Assembly: GCA_964016885.1 (NCBI GenBank)
Contig: OZ024743.1
Span: forward strand, 113,646,001 to 113,710,000
Origin: Eledone cirrhosa
Lineage: Eukaryota
Reading direction: 5' to 3'
Length of the DNA stretch: 64,000 nt
This document shows, in pieces, positions 42,401-54,140 of this stretch. Below the pieces are notes generated by a model, which did no database searches, was not told the DNA's origin, and was given only the letters and a program-made list of their open reading frames with translations. Position 1 is the first letter of the stretch; each line of letters begins with the position of its first letter. A program made the position numbers and the translations under genes.

Positions 42401-43773
42401 ATCAGAGAGAGAATTGACCTAGATGAAATGCAGTTCGGGTTTGTGTCAGGCAAAAGTACCACAGACGCTCTTTTCATAGTACGACAACTACAGGAAAAGT
42501 ACCTAGCTAAAGGTAAACCCCTCTACTTAGCTTTTGTCGACTTGGAGAAAGCCTTCGACAGAGTCCCCCGCTCCATTATCTGGTGGGCTCTTAGAAAACT
42601 AGGCGTTGACGAATGGCTTGTGAGGGCTATACAAGCCATGTATAAAGAAACAGTCAGCAAGGTCAGAATTAACAACGAATATAGTGAAGAGTTTAGCGTA
42701 AAAGTTGGCGTCCATCAGGGCTCTGTTCTCAGCCCCCTACTATTTATTATTGCCCTTCAGGCTATAACAGAGGAGTTCAAGACCGGCTGCCCATGGGAAC
42801 TCCTATACGCAGACGACCTGACACTCATAGCAGAATCAATGGCCGAGCTAGAGAAGAAATTCCAAACATGGAAGCACGGCCTAGAGTCAAAAGAACTTAA
42901 AATTAACCTGGCTAAGACTAAAGTTCTAGTTTGTAGGAAAGAAAACAAGGCGGCGGTCCCTTCTGGGAAATGGTCGTGCTCGGTGTGTAGGAAAGGCGTA
43001 GGTAGAAACTCCATTTTATGTCCTAAATGCAAAGTATGGGTGCATAAAAGATGTAGTGGGATCACAGGTAAGCTAACTAAGAACATAGATTTTACATGTG
43101 GCCGGTGTTCTGGTGCAATAAGTAGCAGCAAGTGCCCACAAAATACTAGCTCTTTCAATTGCGCAGAGGGTTCTATAGAAATAGTGGACAGCTTCCGTTA
43201 CCTGGGCGATAAAATCAGCAGTGGGGGAGGGTGCTCTGAAAGTACAGTAGCTAGAGTCAGAACTGGTTGAAAAAAGTTCAGAGAGCTTATACCACTATTA
43301 GCTGCTAAAGGGTTCTCCCTAAAAATGAAAGGCAGGTTGTACGATGCCTGCATACGAACAGCAATGTTGCATGGCAGTGAGACCTGGGCATTGTGTGCAG
43401 AGGATATACGCAGACTAGAGAGGAACGAAGCTTGCATGCTCCGCTGGATGTGTAACAGTAATATACGTGAACGGCAAAGCATAAACGAACTAAGGAAAAT
43501 TTTGAAATAAGAGGGATCAGATATTGTTTACTCGAGAGAAGGCTACGTTGGTATGGACACGTGATGCGCATGAAAGTCGATAGCTGTATAACAAAGTGCA
43601 GGGCAATAAAGATAGACGGTAGCCACGGAATAGGCAGACCTAGAAAAACCTGGGACGAGCTGATAAACTCTGACCTCACACACTTACACCTCTCCAAGAC
43701 AATATCACTGGACCGAGACCTTTGGCGGTACTCAGTAACAGAGAAGACCCGCCTTGCCAGTAGGCATCTCTAA
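42401..43773 (+). pseudogene. RTE reverse transcriptase with inserted PHD finger; one stop (TGA for TGG at 43268) and one frameshift (about 43503)
   Basis: ORF track segments 42242-43270, 43325-43510 and 43561-43773 join into one RT plus C-terminal domain. Confidence 0.9.
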
Positions 43774-44128
43774 CAAAATACACCCAGTCCCACCACCACG
43801 ACCCCCACCCCATCCACACCACCCCGTTCTATGTAAAGTTATGTTGGTGCCGCGCCATCCAGGTTGAAACAAATGAGATCGTGTAGGTGTCACGACAAAA
43901 AAACACACAGTCCACGCTGTAATGTGGCCGTGTAGGCAACACGGTAAAAACCTCCCAGACCCACACTGTAAATGTGGTTGGTGTTAGGAAGGGCATCCAA
44001 CTGTAGAAAACCTGCCAGACAGTCCTATGCGAGCAAGACAATCACTCTTGCCTCAAGTGGGACTACCCCCGTCCAAACCCATGCAAGCGTGGAACACGGA
44101 CGTCAAACGTTGATGATGATGATGATGA
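42401..44128 (+). mobile_element. Young 5'-truncated RTE-clade LINE
   Basis: RT motifs [26 protein letters not shown] and YADD (42806-42817); 3' UTR and (GAT)n tail; flanked by (TA)n. Confidence 0.95.
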
Positions 44129-44134
44129 TATATC

Positions 44135-44203
<69 letters not shown>

Positions 44204-44345
44204 GTATATATATATATGTATATATATATATAGGTATATATATATATATAGGTGCCCCAGCATGGCCTCAGCCGGATGGCTGTAACAGGTAAAAGAGAAT
44301 ATGTATATATATATATGTATATATATATATGTATGTATATATATG

Positions 44346-44382
<37 letters not shown>

Positions 44383-44485
44383 GTATATATATGGATTTAT
44401 ATATATATATGTATATATATATATATACACATATATATGTATATATATGTATATATATATATACATATATATGTATATATATATG

Positions 44486-44527
<42 letters not shown>

Positions 44528-44545
44528 TGTATGTATATATATATG

Positions 44546-44578
<33 letters not shown>

Positions 44579-44631
44579 GTATATATATATATGTATATAT
44601 ATATATGTATATATGTATGTATATATATATG

Positions 44632-44662
<31 letters not shown>

Positions 44663-44701
44663 GTATATATATATATGTATATATGTATGTATATATATAT
44701 G

Positions 44702-44764
<63 letters not shown>

Positions 44765-44842
44765 GTATGTATATATATATATGTATATATATATATGTAT
44801 ATATATATATATGTATGTATATATATGTATCTATATATATGT

Positions 44843-44882
<40 letters not shown>

Positions 44883-44897
44883 TTAAATATATATATG

Positions 44898-44971
<74 letters not shown>

Positions 44972-44979
44972 CGTATATA

Positions 44980-45053
<74 letters not shown>

Positions 45054-45358
45054 CATATATATATAAAAACAAATAACGAAACGAAATTAAATTTCGTTTC
45101 GTTTGTAACTCACTTTTGTATGACTGACACTTAAACAATTAAGTTAAAAGTGTACATCCACATATGTATACTGAAATACTAGTATGCATATAAATACACA
45201 CACGTATACATATGTACATGTACCGAGTTTTTCCATGGACACTTTACTGTGAGTGTCTAGCTAGTCTGTATGTAACCCAACAGACAAACCGGGTTTTAGA
45301 GTCATACGGGTTTTCAAGGAAACACCTTTCCTCTATTCTCCAGAGAGCCAGACAGGAA

Positions 45359-45399
45359 TATTGGACTAGTTTCGATGTTATTACATCTCATCAGCAATA
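45359..45399 (-). ncRNA. Intact minimal type I hammerhead ribozyme
   Basis: tattg-CTGATGA-gatgt aata acatc-GAAA-ctag-TC-caata. Confidence 0.9.
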
Positions 45400-45777
45400 A
45401 AACCCCATCTTCCGGCTTCTCTAGAGAATCGTAAAAGCATATATCGTTATATGCTTTTTCTATGAGAATTAGTAGTGGGCAGACTAATTTGCGTAGAACG
45501 TGAGTCATTATACGCACCGGTTCAGCGGAAACGATAAAAACAAATAACGAAACGAAATTAAATTTCGTTTCGTTTGTAACTCACTTTTGTATGACTGACG
45601 CTTAAACAATTAAGTTAAAAGTGTACATCCACATATGTATACTGAAATACTAGTATACATATAAATACACACACGTATACATACGTATACATAGTCTGCC
45701 CACTACTAATTCTCATAGAAAAAGCATATAACGATATATGCTTTTACGATTCTCTAGAGAAGCCGGAAGATGGGTAT

Positions 45778-45820
45778 ATATTGCTGATGAGATGTAATAA
45801 CATCGAAACTAGTCCAATAT
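45778..45820 (+). ncRNA. Intact minimal type I hammerhead ribozyme (inverted copy)
   Basis: atattg-CTGATGA-gatgt aata acatc-GAAA-ctag-TC-caatat; 6-bp stem I, GUC triplet. Confidence 0.92.
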
Positions 45821-46041
45821 TCCTGTCTGGCTCTCTGGAGAATAGAGGAAAGGTGTTTCCTTGAAAACCCGTATGACTCTAAAACCCGGTTTGTCTGTTT
45901 GGTTACATACAGACTAGTTAGACACTCACAGTAAAGTGTCCAGTGAAAAACTCGGTACATGTACATATGTATACGTGTGTGTATTTATATGCATACTAGT
46001 ATTTCAGTATACATATGTGGATGTACACTTTTAACTTAATC

Positions 46042-46084
<43 letters not shown>

Positions 46085-46086
46085 TG

Positions 46087-47378
46087 TCATCATCATCATC
46101 GTTTAACGTCCCTGTTCCACGCTTGCATGGGTTTGGACGGGGGTTTTCCCACTTGAGGTAAGAGTGGTTGTCTTGCTCGCATAGGACTGTCTGGCGGGTT
46201 TTCTACAGCTGGATGGCCTTCCTAACACCAACCACATTTACAGTGTGGGACTGGGAAGTTTTTACCGTGTTGCCTACATGGTCACATTACAGCGTGGACT
46301 GTGTGTTTTTTTGTCGTGGCACCTATACGATCTCATTTGTTTCGGCCTGGATGTTGTGGCACCAACATAACTTTGCATTGAAGGGGCGGTGTGGATGGGG
46401 TGGGACGGGGGTGTATTTTGTTAGAGATGCCTACTGACTAGTAGGTTTTACTTTGTATTTAGGTGAGGCGGGTCTTCTCTGTTACTGAGTACCACCAAAG
46501 GTCTCGGTCCAGTGACATTGTCTTGGAGAGGTGTAAGTGTGTGAGGTCGGAATTTATCAGCTCGTCCCAGGTTTTCCTGGGTCTGCCTACTCCGTGGCTA
46601 CCATCTATCTTTATTGCCCTGCACTTTGTTATTCAGCTGTCATCTTTCATGCGCATCACGTGACCATACCAACGTAGCCTTCTCTCGAGTAAACAACATC
46701 TGATCCCTCTTATTTCTAATTTTTTCCTTAGTTCGTTTATGCTTTGCCGTTCACGTATATTACTATTACACATCCAGCGGAGCATGCAAGCTTCGTTCCT
46801 CTCTAGTCTGCGTATATCCTCTGCCATGCAACATTGCTGTTTATGTGCAGGCATCATACAACCTGCCTTTCATTTTTAGGGAGAACCCTTTAGCGGCTAA
46901 TAGTGGTATAAGCTCTCTGAACTTTTTCCATCCAGTTCTGACTCTAGCTACTGTACTTTCAGAGCACCGTCCCCCACTGCTGATTTTGTCACCCAAGTAA
47001 CGGAAGCTGTCCACTATTTCTATAAAACCCTCTGCGCAATTGAAAGAGTTAGTGTTTAGTGGGCACTTGCTGCTACTTATTGCACCAGAGCACCGGCCAC
47101 ATGTAAAATCTGTGTTCTTAGTTAGCTAACCTGTGATCCCACTACATCTTTTATGCACCCATACTTTGCATTTGGGACATAAAATGGAGTTTCTACCTAC
47201 GCCTTTCCTACACACTGAGCATGGCCATTTCCTGGAGGGGACCGGTGCCTTATTTTCTTTCGTACAAACTAGAACTTTAGTCTTAGCCAAGTTAATTTTA
47301 AGGCCTTTTGATTCTAGGCCGTGCTTCCATGTTTGGAATTTCTTCTCTAGCTCGGCCATTGATTCAGCTATGAGCCTT
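46087..47378 (-). mobile_element. 5'-truncated RTE LINE, same family as 42401-44128, opposite orientation
   Basis: [37 protein letters not shown]...[20 protein letters not shown]; 3' UTR and tail at 46087-46465. Confidence 0.95.
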
Positions 47379-47379
47379 A

Positions 47380-47415
<36 letters not shown>

Positions 47416-47425
47416 ACACATATCC

Positions 47426-47474
<49 letters not shown>

Positions 47475-47571
47475 TATATAGATACATATATATATATATA
47501 TACATATATACATATATATATATACATATATATATATATACATATATATATACATACACATATATATATAT

Positions 47572-47628
<57 letters not shown>

Positions 47629-47661
47629 CATATATATATACATACATATATATATACATAT

Positions 47662-47762
<101 letters not shown>

Positions 47763-47803
47763 CGATATTAAATAAATGGAAACTATATTTATAAAACCAT
47801 ATT

Positions 47804-47869
47804 TATTTCACTATATATATTTCAAGGATATCATATTAAAAATATGGTATGCCTTCATCAGACAAAATA
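47804..47869 (-). ncRNA. Type I hammerhead motif, family HH-B
   Basis: tattttgt-CTGATGA-aggcataccatatt...aatatgatatcctt-GAAA-tatata-TA-gtgaaata; downstream flank matches 59238-59263. Confidence 0.75.
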
Positions 47870-48586
47870 CAATATAAACAGTCTTATAAATAGATAGATT
47901 TGACATACCTTACAACTTCAACTTATATATATATATATGTATGTATGTGTATAAGGTGCTTAAATTAGCTGAAAGATTAAAACATTGGTTATTTGTTCTG
48001 GTGGATTGACAGAATCGGTAGAGGGTCGGACGCCATGCTTTGCAGTATAGAATTACAGCCCTTTACGGTCTGAGTTCAAATCTCGCCGAGGTTAACTTTG
48101 CCTTTTATCCTCTTCGGTGTTGATAAAATAAAGTACCAGTATTGCACTGGTGTAATTGGTGGCCTTGTGCTAATAGTAGAATCAACTATTTGTTCCAGGT
48201 CTCTGCGTCTTGAGTTCAAATTCCACTGAGATTCACCTTGTCTTTTATCATTTCATTGATAAAGAAAGTACCACTTCAGTTCTAGTGCAGTCCTCTTACC
48301 TTTCAGCTGTCATATTCTAGATGTTCCCCCAGGTCAAAGAGAGAGAGGGTCAAGAGGATGTCCATGTCTGTTCCCGATTTCATGGCCACCTAAAACCTTT
48401 GGCAAAACCATGGTATATGCTACCAAGTCATACTCAGTTACAAGTGCTGGCTATAGTTTTATGTATGTATACATGTAGGTATGTATACATGTATGTATGA
48501 ATGTTTGTATGTATACATACACATATATGAATATACTCAAGTCTTATGGGTGCCACTGGTTAAACATTCATTTATCTATCTATCTG

Positions 48587-48642
<56 letters not shown>

Positions 48643-49244
48643 ACCCATGCTAGCGTGGAAATGGACGTTAAACAATGATGATGATATATATATATAATAA
48701 TTTTGCTAGACACTTCTTCTTTCCATTTACTCGCTTGGTTTGCTAGTCTAGCAATCTATATGCATCGAGCACACTAACTTTCTCTCTATTGGCCCATAAT
48801 CTGCATAACTAATCACCTATTTCTCCTCTTACTTGATTTGCTTACTTTTTATTCGATATATTTTATATATATATAACGTTTTTTTTTATACAGTTCCTTC
48901 TGTATTTCTTAGCAAATCTGTTTTTGATTATTTCACTGGTTGAGAGTCTGTCTAAGAATGTTTAAATGTCCTTCCACAGCATTTCCTCTCTCCTCCTCTG
49001 ATGTCACATGATAATAGTGAGGTTGCCATACATAAGCTTTCTGTTGTAAGGTTGGACTTTAGCTGCTAATGAAGTGTTATAAAATAGAATATGTGATATC
49101 CTCAAGGATACATAACGATGGTGAATGACAGGTGCGGTTGTAACTGTCTGATCAGTCTATAATGCAAAAACTATTGATAGTCTTGGAATTTATTATATAC
49201 AATTATCATTACCCATGCTCTGCCATTACCATTATGGTTAATGC

Positions 49245-49417
49245 CAGTATTGGATTTATCATTTACCATTGTGCTTAGGTGAGCTTAAGCACAGTGCTCC
49301 ATTGGCCAGCAGGGGGCTCATCTTCCTGCCTAAAAATCTTTTTTACCAAGGTTACCGCCTTCAGGGACCAAGTAAGGACCTCATAACTAAACTAGCGCAG
49401 GGCCTAAATCTGCACCG
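49245..49417. mobile_element. hAT-type MITE (same family as 56204-56373)
   Basis: CAGTATTGGATTT...AAATCTGCACCG; degenerate 8-bp TSD GTTAATGC/GTTACTGT. Confidence 0.65.
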
Positions 49418-50166
49418 GTTACTGTATAGTGGGCACTCTGAGCTATAGGTTTATACATTATCATGTTTAAATCTTGTATCTCATTGAGTAAGTAATGGTC
49501 CAGCTTGGACTATACGGACCATCTTCCGATAGCTTTGTTAACAAATGGAGAGAAGATGGGCTCTGCCAGGTTTTAAAAAATACCCAAGAAGTGCCATATG
49601 TCACTACGGGACCCTTATGACTCCACCAGGAATTACGAGTTTGCCTTTGCCCATAAATGAAACTCACTCAGAAAATGAAGACCATCCTCAAACCCAAGCT
49701 AACCTAAGACACCATCCTTATTTCCTTTAGACCAACTACCGGCCCACATTAATTACTGGTAGGGGGAAGATAGATGTTATCAAATTGCAGTCGTCATATT
49801 ATGCTTCGCGGCAAAGAGTTACGTCCCTTTGCGTTTTGAGTTCAAATACCACCGAGGTTAGCTTTGGCTTTCATCCTTATGGGATCGACAAAATAAAGTA
49901 CCAGTAACGCACTGGGGTCGATTTAAAGTAGAAACAATTATTATATATATAAGGTGGTGGATTCACTATATAGGTAGAGCATTGAACAACATGCTTTGCA
50001 GCTTATAGCTATGGCCCTTTATATTCTGTGTTCAAATTTCACAAAGGTCAGTTTTGCTTTTCATCCTTATGAGGTTGGTAAAATAAAAGTAATGCTCTGG
50101 GGTTGATTTAATCGACTTTCCCCTTCCATTCAAATTTCTGTCCTTGTGCCAAAAGTACAAATAATG

Positions 50167-50424
50167 ATCATCATCATCATCATCATCATTTCATTTTACG
50201 TCCGCTTTTCCCTGCTTGCAAGGGTGGGACGGGAACTGATTCTGGCTTGATTTCTACAGCTGGATGCCCTTCTTAACACCAACCTCATTTACAGTGAGTG
50301 CTGGGTGCTTTTTTTGCCATGGCACCCACAGAACCACTTTGCAGTGGAATGATAGGGACCCCAGTCCCTATCATCTCATTTCTACAGCTGAGTAAACTGG
50401 AGCAATGTGAAATAAAGTGTCTTG

Positions 50425-50427
<3 letters not shown>
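50167..50427 (-). mobile_element. SINE-B, 5'-truncated
   Basis: Reverse complement of the SINE-B body and tail. Confidence 0.9.
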
Positions 50428-50456
<29 letters not shown>

Positions 50457-50467
50457 GTATATATATA

Positions 50468-50503
<36 letters not shown>

Positions 50504-51027
50504 TATATGGCCAGTCAACAATGAGTCCTTTCAGCTAACAGTCTAGAAATAGCTGTTGAAATGGTAAGAGTTCAGCTGTTGGTTCCCAATTATTTATAAT
50601 ATAACCACACTCTACTACTCAACATATTGTGTACGCTGTTGAGTAATTGTCTAACTAGTTTTAAACTGGTATATATAGGGAGAGAGAGGGTGGGGGGGGG
50701 GTAGGCAGGCAAACAGGCAATAATCAATAAAAATAATAGTTATGTCCAGAACATGAGAAGATATAATAAGCCTTATTAAGGTTGAGTTGGAGAAATATTC
50801 CTGGAAATTGGAAAAAAATCAGGAAACATGCTTTTATCAAAAAAAAAAAAATAAAAAATAAATAACAGCAGAATCCAACCTGTTATAAGTTATTCTAAAG
50901 TTCTTATAGACACAGCTATGAGAGAGTGTTGAAGTAGTTCACTTTAAAATCATGAGGTTCTAGGTTTGATCCCATTGCATGGCACATTCAGCAAATGTCA
51001 TTTAACCAGGGCTGGATCAACCATTAA

Positions 51028-51236
51028 TCTTTTAGCATTTACATTACTCTATATATATTATTATATTTTCATAGTAAAGGCTTTATCTTACATAATATCG
51101 AATCTAAGAGATTTTGATATTATTTATTTTGAGAACAATGCCTTAATATTGGTATGAGTAGCCAATTATGGCCAGTTTGAACAGAAAAGGGTCACATAAT
51201 TTTTGGCCAGATACAGTGGGTTTAAATGCTAAAGGA
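51028..51236. mobile_element. piggyBac-type MITE (reverse orientation)
   Basis: TTAA flanks, TTTAGCATTT TIR. Confidence 0.8.
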
Positions 51237-52249
51237 TTAAGCAAAGTAAGTATATGCTTAGGGCATCAAATGGAAAAGGACACCATTTTATTCAAATTAA
51301 ATGTATTTATCATTTGAAAAAAATGTTTTCAGTCTTCATGATAAATACACCCAGTTCACTCTGTAAATTGGTTAGTGATAGGTAGGACATCTAAGTGTAG
51401 AAAAAAATGTCAAACAAAGTTTCAGGAGGACACCTCAGCTCCACCAAAAACATAACAACACCCATAGTGCTGGTACCACAATAAAATACATTGGATAGAG
51501 TGGGAGATATGTGAGATGTAGGTGCCCAGCCTATCTGAAACGTTAGTAGCTCCACTTGAGTATTGAATTGGTCCTTGAAGACCCTTCCAAATGTTGCTAG
51601 CAGGCCAAACAAACATTAAATGAAGATGATGATGATGACTTTATATATGGAAGTGGAGGTACACCATAATCTTTTAAAAGCTTAGGATCTCAAAATTACT
51701 CACACTGTAAAGCAATTGGTGATAGGAAGGGCATACAGCCAAAGAAAGCATGCAATATAAATGGATGCAAGGACATTTCAGTTGAGTCAAAAGCATGACA
51801 CCCTTTCTCTGCTGGTGCACTCAGTTGAATGTGAAACCATATATAAGCGAGATGAAGACCCCCCCCCCCACCCCCCACCCCGGCATGTCTCAGGAATCAG
51901 TAACCCTGCTCCAGTACTGACTTGGTCTTTGAAGACCCATCCAACCCTTTCTAATATTTCCTAGCTGAGGGGACTGGAGCAACATGACATACAGTGTCTT
52001 GGTCAAGGACACTATATGTGCTGATTAGTCTGGGAATCAGACTCCTTACTTTAGGATCACCCTAGCCACTAAACTCTGTGCCTTCACAATGACACTTTAT
52101 AGAATGAAGAGAAAAGACTATTGAAAAATAATTGTACTTGTGAAAAAAAGAGTATAGTGAAAATAAAAAATAAAACACTGAACTTAATGAAATAATGTGC
52201 TGCCAAGAATTCACCTCATAATTTTACAATCCTGAGCCAAACACCTTAA

Positions 52250-52472
52250 CCTTTTAGCATTTACATTACTCTCTATATTTACTATTGTATTTTCAAGGTA
52301 AACACTTTATTTCACATAATTATCTCACATAATATCTTATCTACGAGATTTTGATGTTATTTATTTTGAGAACAATACCTTAACATTAGTATGAGCAGCT
52401 GGTTATGGCCGGTTTGAACCGAAAGGGGTGAGATAATTCTGGCTGGATATAGCCGGTTTAAATGCTAAAGGG
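52250..52472. mobile_element. piggyBac-type MITE (reverse orientation)
   Basis: TTAA|CCTTTTAGCATTT...AAATGCTAAAGGG|TTAA. Confidence 0.88.
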
Positions 52473-52789
52473 TTAAGCCACATGACTTTACTACAAGGGA
52501 TTAACTATTTACATAAAACATTAGAAAGTATTAGTCAAAGCTGTATAAATATCCATTAAAGTGGTTGGTAATAGAAAGGGCATCCAACTGTAAAGTAAAA
52601 ACCATGCTAGAAATGTACAGGTCTACCTCTTGTCAGCGTGTAAATAAGAATGGTGATAGTAATGAGTCAAAGTGGGATGGTAATCAAGTAATTCAGGTTT
52701 TTTTTTTAAATCTGTAAACACTATATTTAATAAAATAATGAGTTACATGAATGAATGACTATAAAATAATTAGAAAAACACTATAAATA

Positions 52790-53245
52790 TTTAAAAACAG
52801 AAAAGGAAGGGAAAGGCAAGTGTTCTAGAGCCACAGAAGAATGGGAGTGGATGGGCTCTGGGCCTAGGGGGCGGCGGTGTTGGGGCTTCACTCCACAGAC
52901 AAGAGCGCAAAAGCATTTCTGCGGACTGACCAGTAACACCCACTGCAATAGCCACTCCACCTGGCTGGGGTCCTTCCTCAGACGGGCTACTGATGTTCTG
53001 ATATTGTAGAGGAGCTCGGCAGTACGGGGTCGGAGTACACCTGAGGTCTCAACGGCGACCAGTGCAAAGAGGAAGCGGCCGGACAATCCCTGGTATTTAT
53101 TTGTCTTCCCTTCCTCTGCATTGCAGGCCGCAGCGCCAAGGTTTGTGGTCGAAGCGGCTAAGTTGGAGGCAGAGAACGTGCCACAACATTTGGCGTCCCA
53201 AATGAGGGCCCTACCTTCTTCGAATGGGTTAGGATTAGGGAACGA
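52790..53245 (-). mobile_element. CRE-clade non-LTR retrotransposon 3' fragment (restriction-like endonuclease)
   Basis: GC-rich island translating PFEEGRALIWDAKCCGTFSASNLAASTTNLGAAACNAEEGKTNKYQGLSGRFLFALVAVETSG...EWLLQ, the CRE RLE pattern (WD, GAAA..AE..K..KY, VET.G). Confidence 0.75.
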
Positions 53246-53946
53246 GTTCTAATATAGGCACAAGGCCAGAAATTTATTGGAAAGAAAAGTCAATTATGTC
53301 AACCGTTGGTACTTTATTTTATTGATATCGGAAGGATGGAAGGCAAAGTAACCTTAGTAAGTATTTGAACTCAGAATGTAAAAAGCCAGAATAAATAGTT
53401 AAATATTTTGTCTGATACTGTAATGACTGACAAATCTACCATCCTAATTAATTAATTCCGTATAACAAAGCTTGTTTATATGCATAATAAATATTTAAAC
53501 TGGTTGTATAACAAAACTCATTTGTATACATAATACGTATTTAAATTTTCAAAAGAATGAAAAAAACATTATTTGTAATGTTGCATTTCTGGCAAGTTCT
53601 GTGAGTGGCAGTAAATTGACAAGTTTTTAACTTCCTGACATTACTAAAGATTCCCACAACCCCCATTCCACTTAGGTTTTATAATGCCAACCCTCTAGTA
53701 AACAAACCACATGTGACATCTGTTGGTGGGAATCAGGTGATCAGTGGGTGTAATTAATTAGGGAAGAATTAAAATAACAAGATAAGGAATTACTTTAGCA
53801 TACGAACTGGAAATCCTAAGGAAAACCAGTAAGTTCAAAGCCAATTCCTTTTTTGACCCTTATGTGACATACCGAGAATTTAGGGCATAAACCCCAAGTT
53901 TTAACCAACAACAAGCTTATGTTTTATGCTTATAAATATGTCTAAA

Positions 53947-54140
53947 GTTTGGTTATGATTTGATATAAAGTAGTGAATTGGCAGTCGTTAGAATGTTTGG
54001 TTATGATTTGATATAAAGTAGTGAATTGGCAGTCGTTAGAATGTTTGGTTATGATTTGATATAAAGTAGTGAATTGGCAGTCGTTAGAATGTTTGGTTAT
54101 GATTTGATATAAAGTAGTGAATTGGCAGTCGTTAGAATGT
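53947..54140. repeat. Perfect 48-bp tandem repeat x4 spanning flank and SINE-A 5' end
   Basis: GTTTGGTTATGATTTGATATAAAGTAGTGAATTGGCAGTCGTTAGAAT at 53947, 53995, 54043 and 54091. Confidence 0.95.

Larger units (their letters stand above)
45065..46040 (-). mobile_element. HH-A-related non-coding hammerhead element: 471-bp monomer, 157-bp direct repeat and 349-bp inverted copy
   Basis: 45065-45221 is repeated at 45536-45692, and 45138-45486 is inverted at 45692-46040; terminal hairpin AACGAAACGAAAT/ATTTCGTTTCGTT; (TA)n on both sides. Confidence 0.88.

Noticed and set aside
42401-47378. Single TIR transposon or recent inverted duplication
   Set aside because: The arms are LINE copies with different truncation points, indels and 3' UTR variants.
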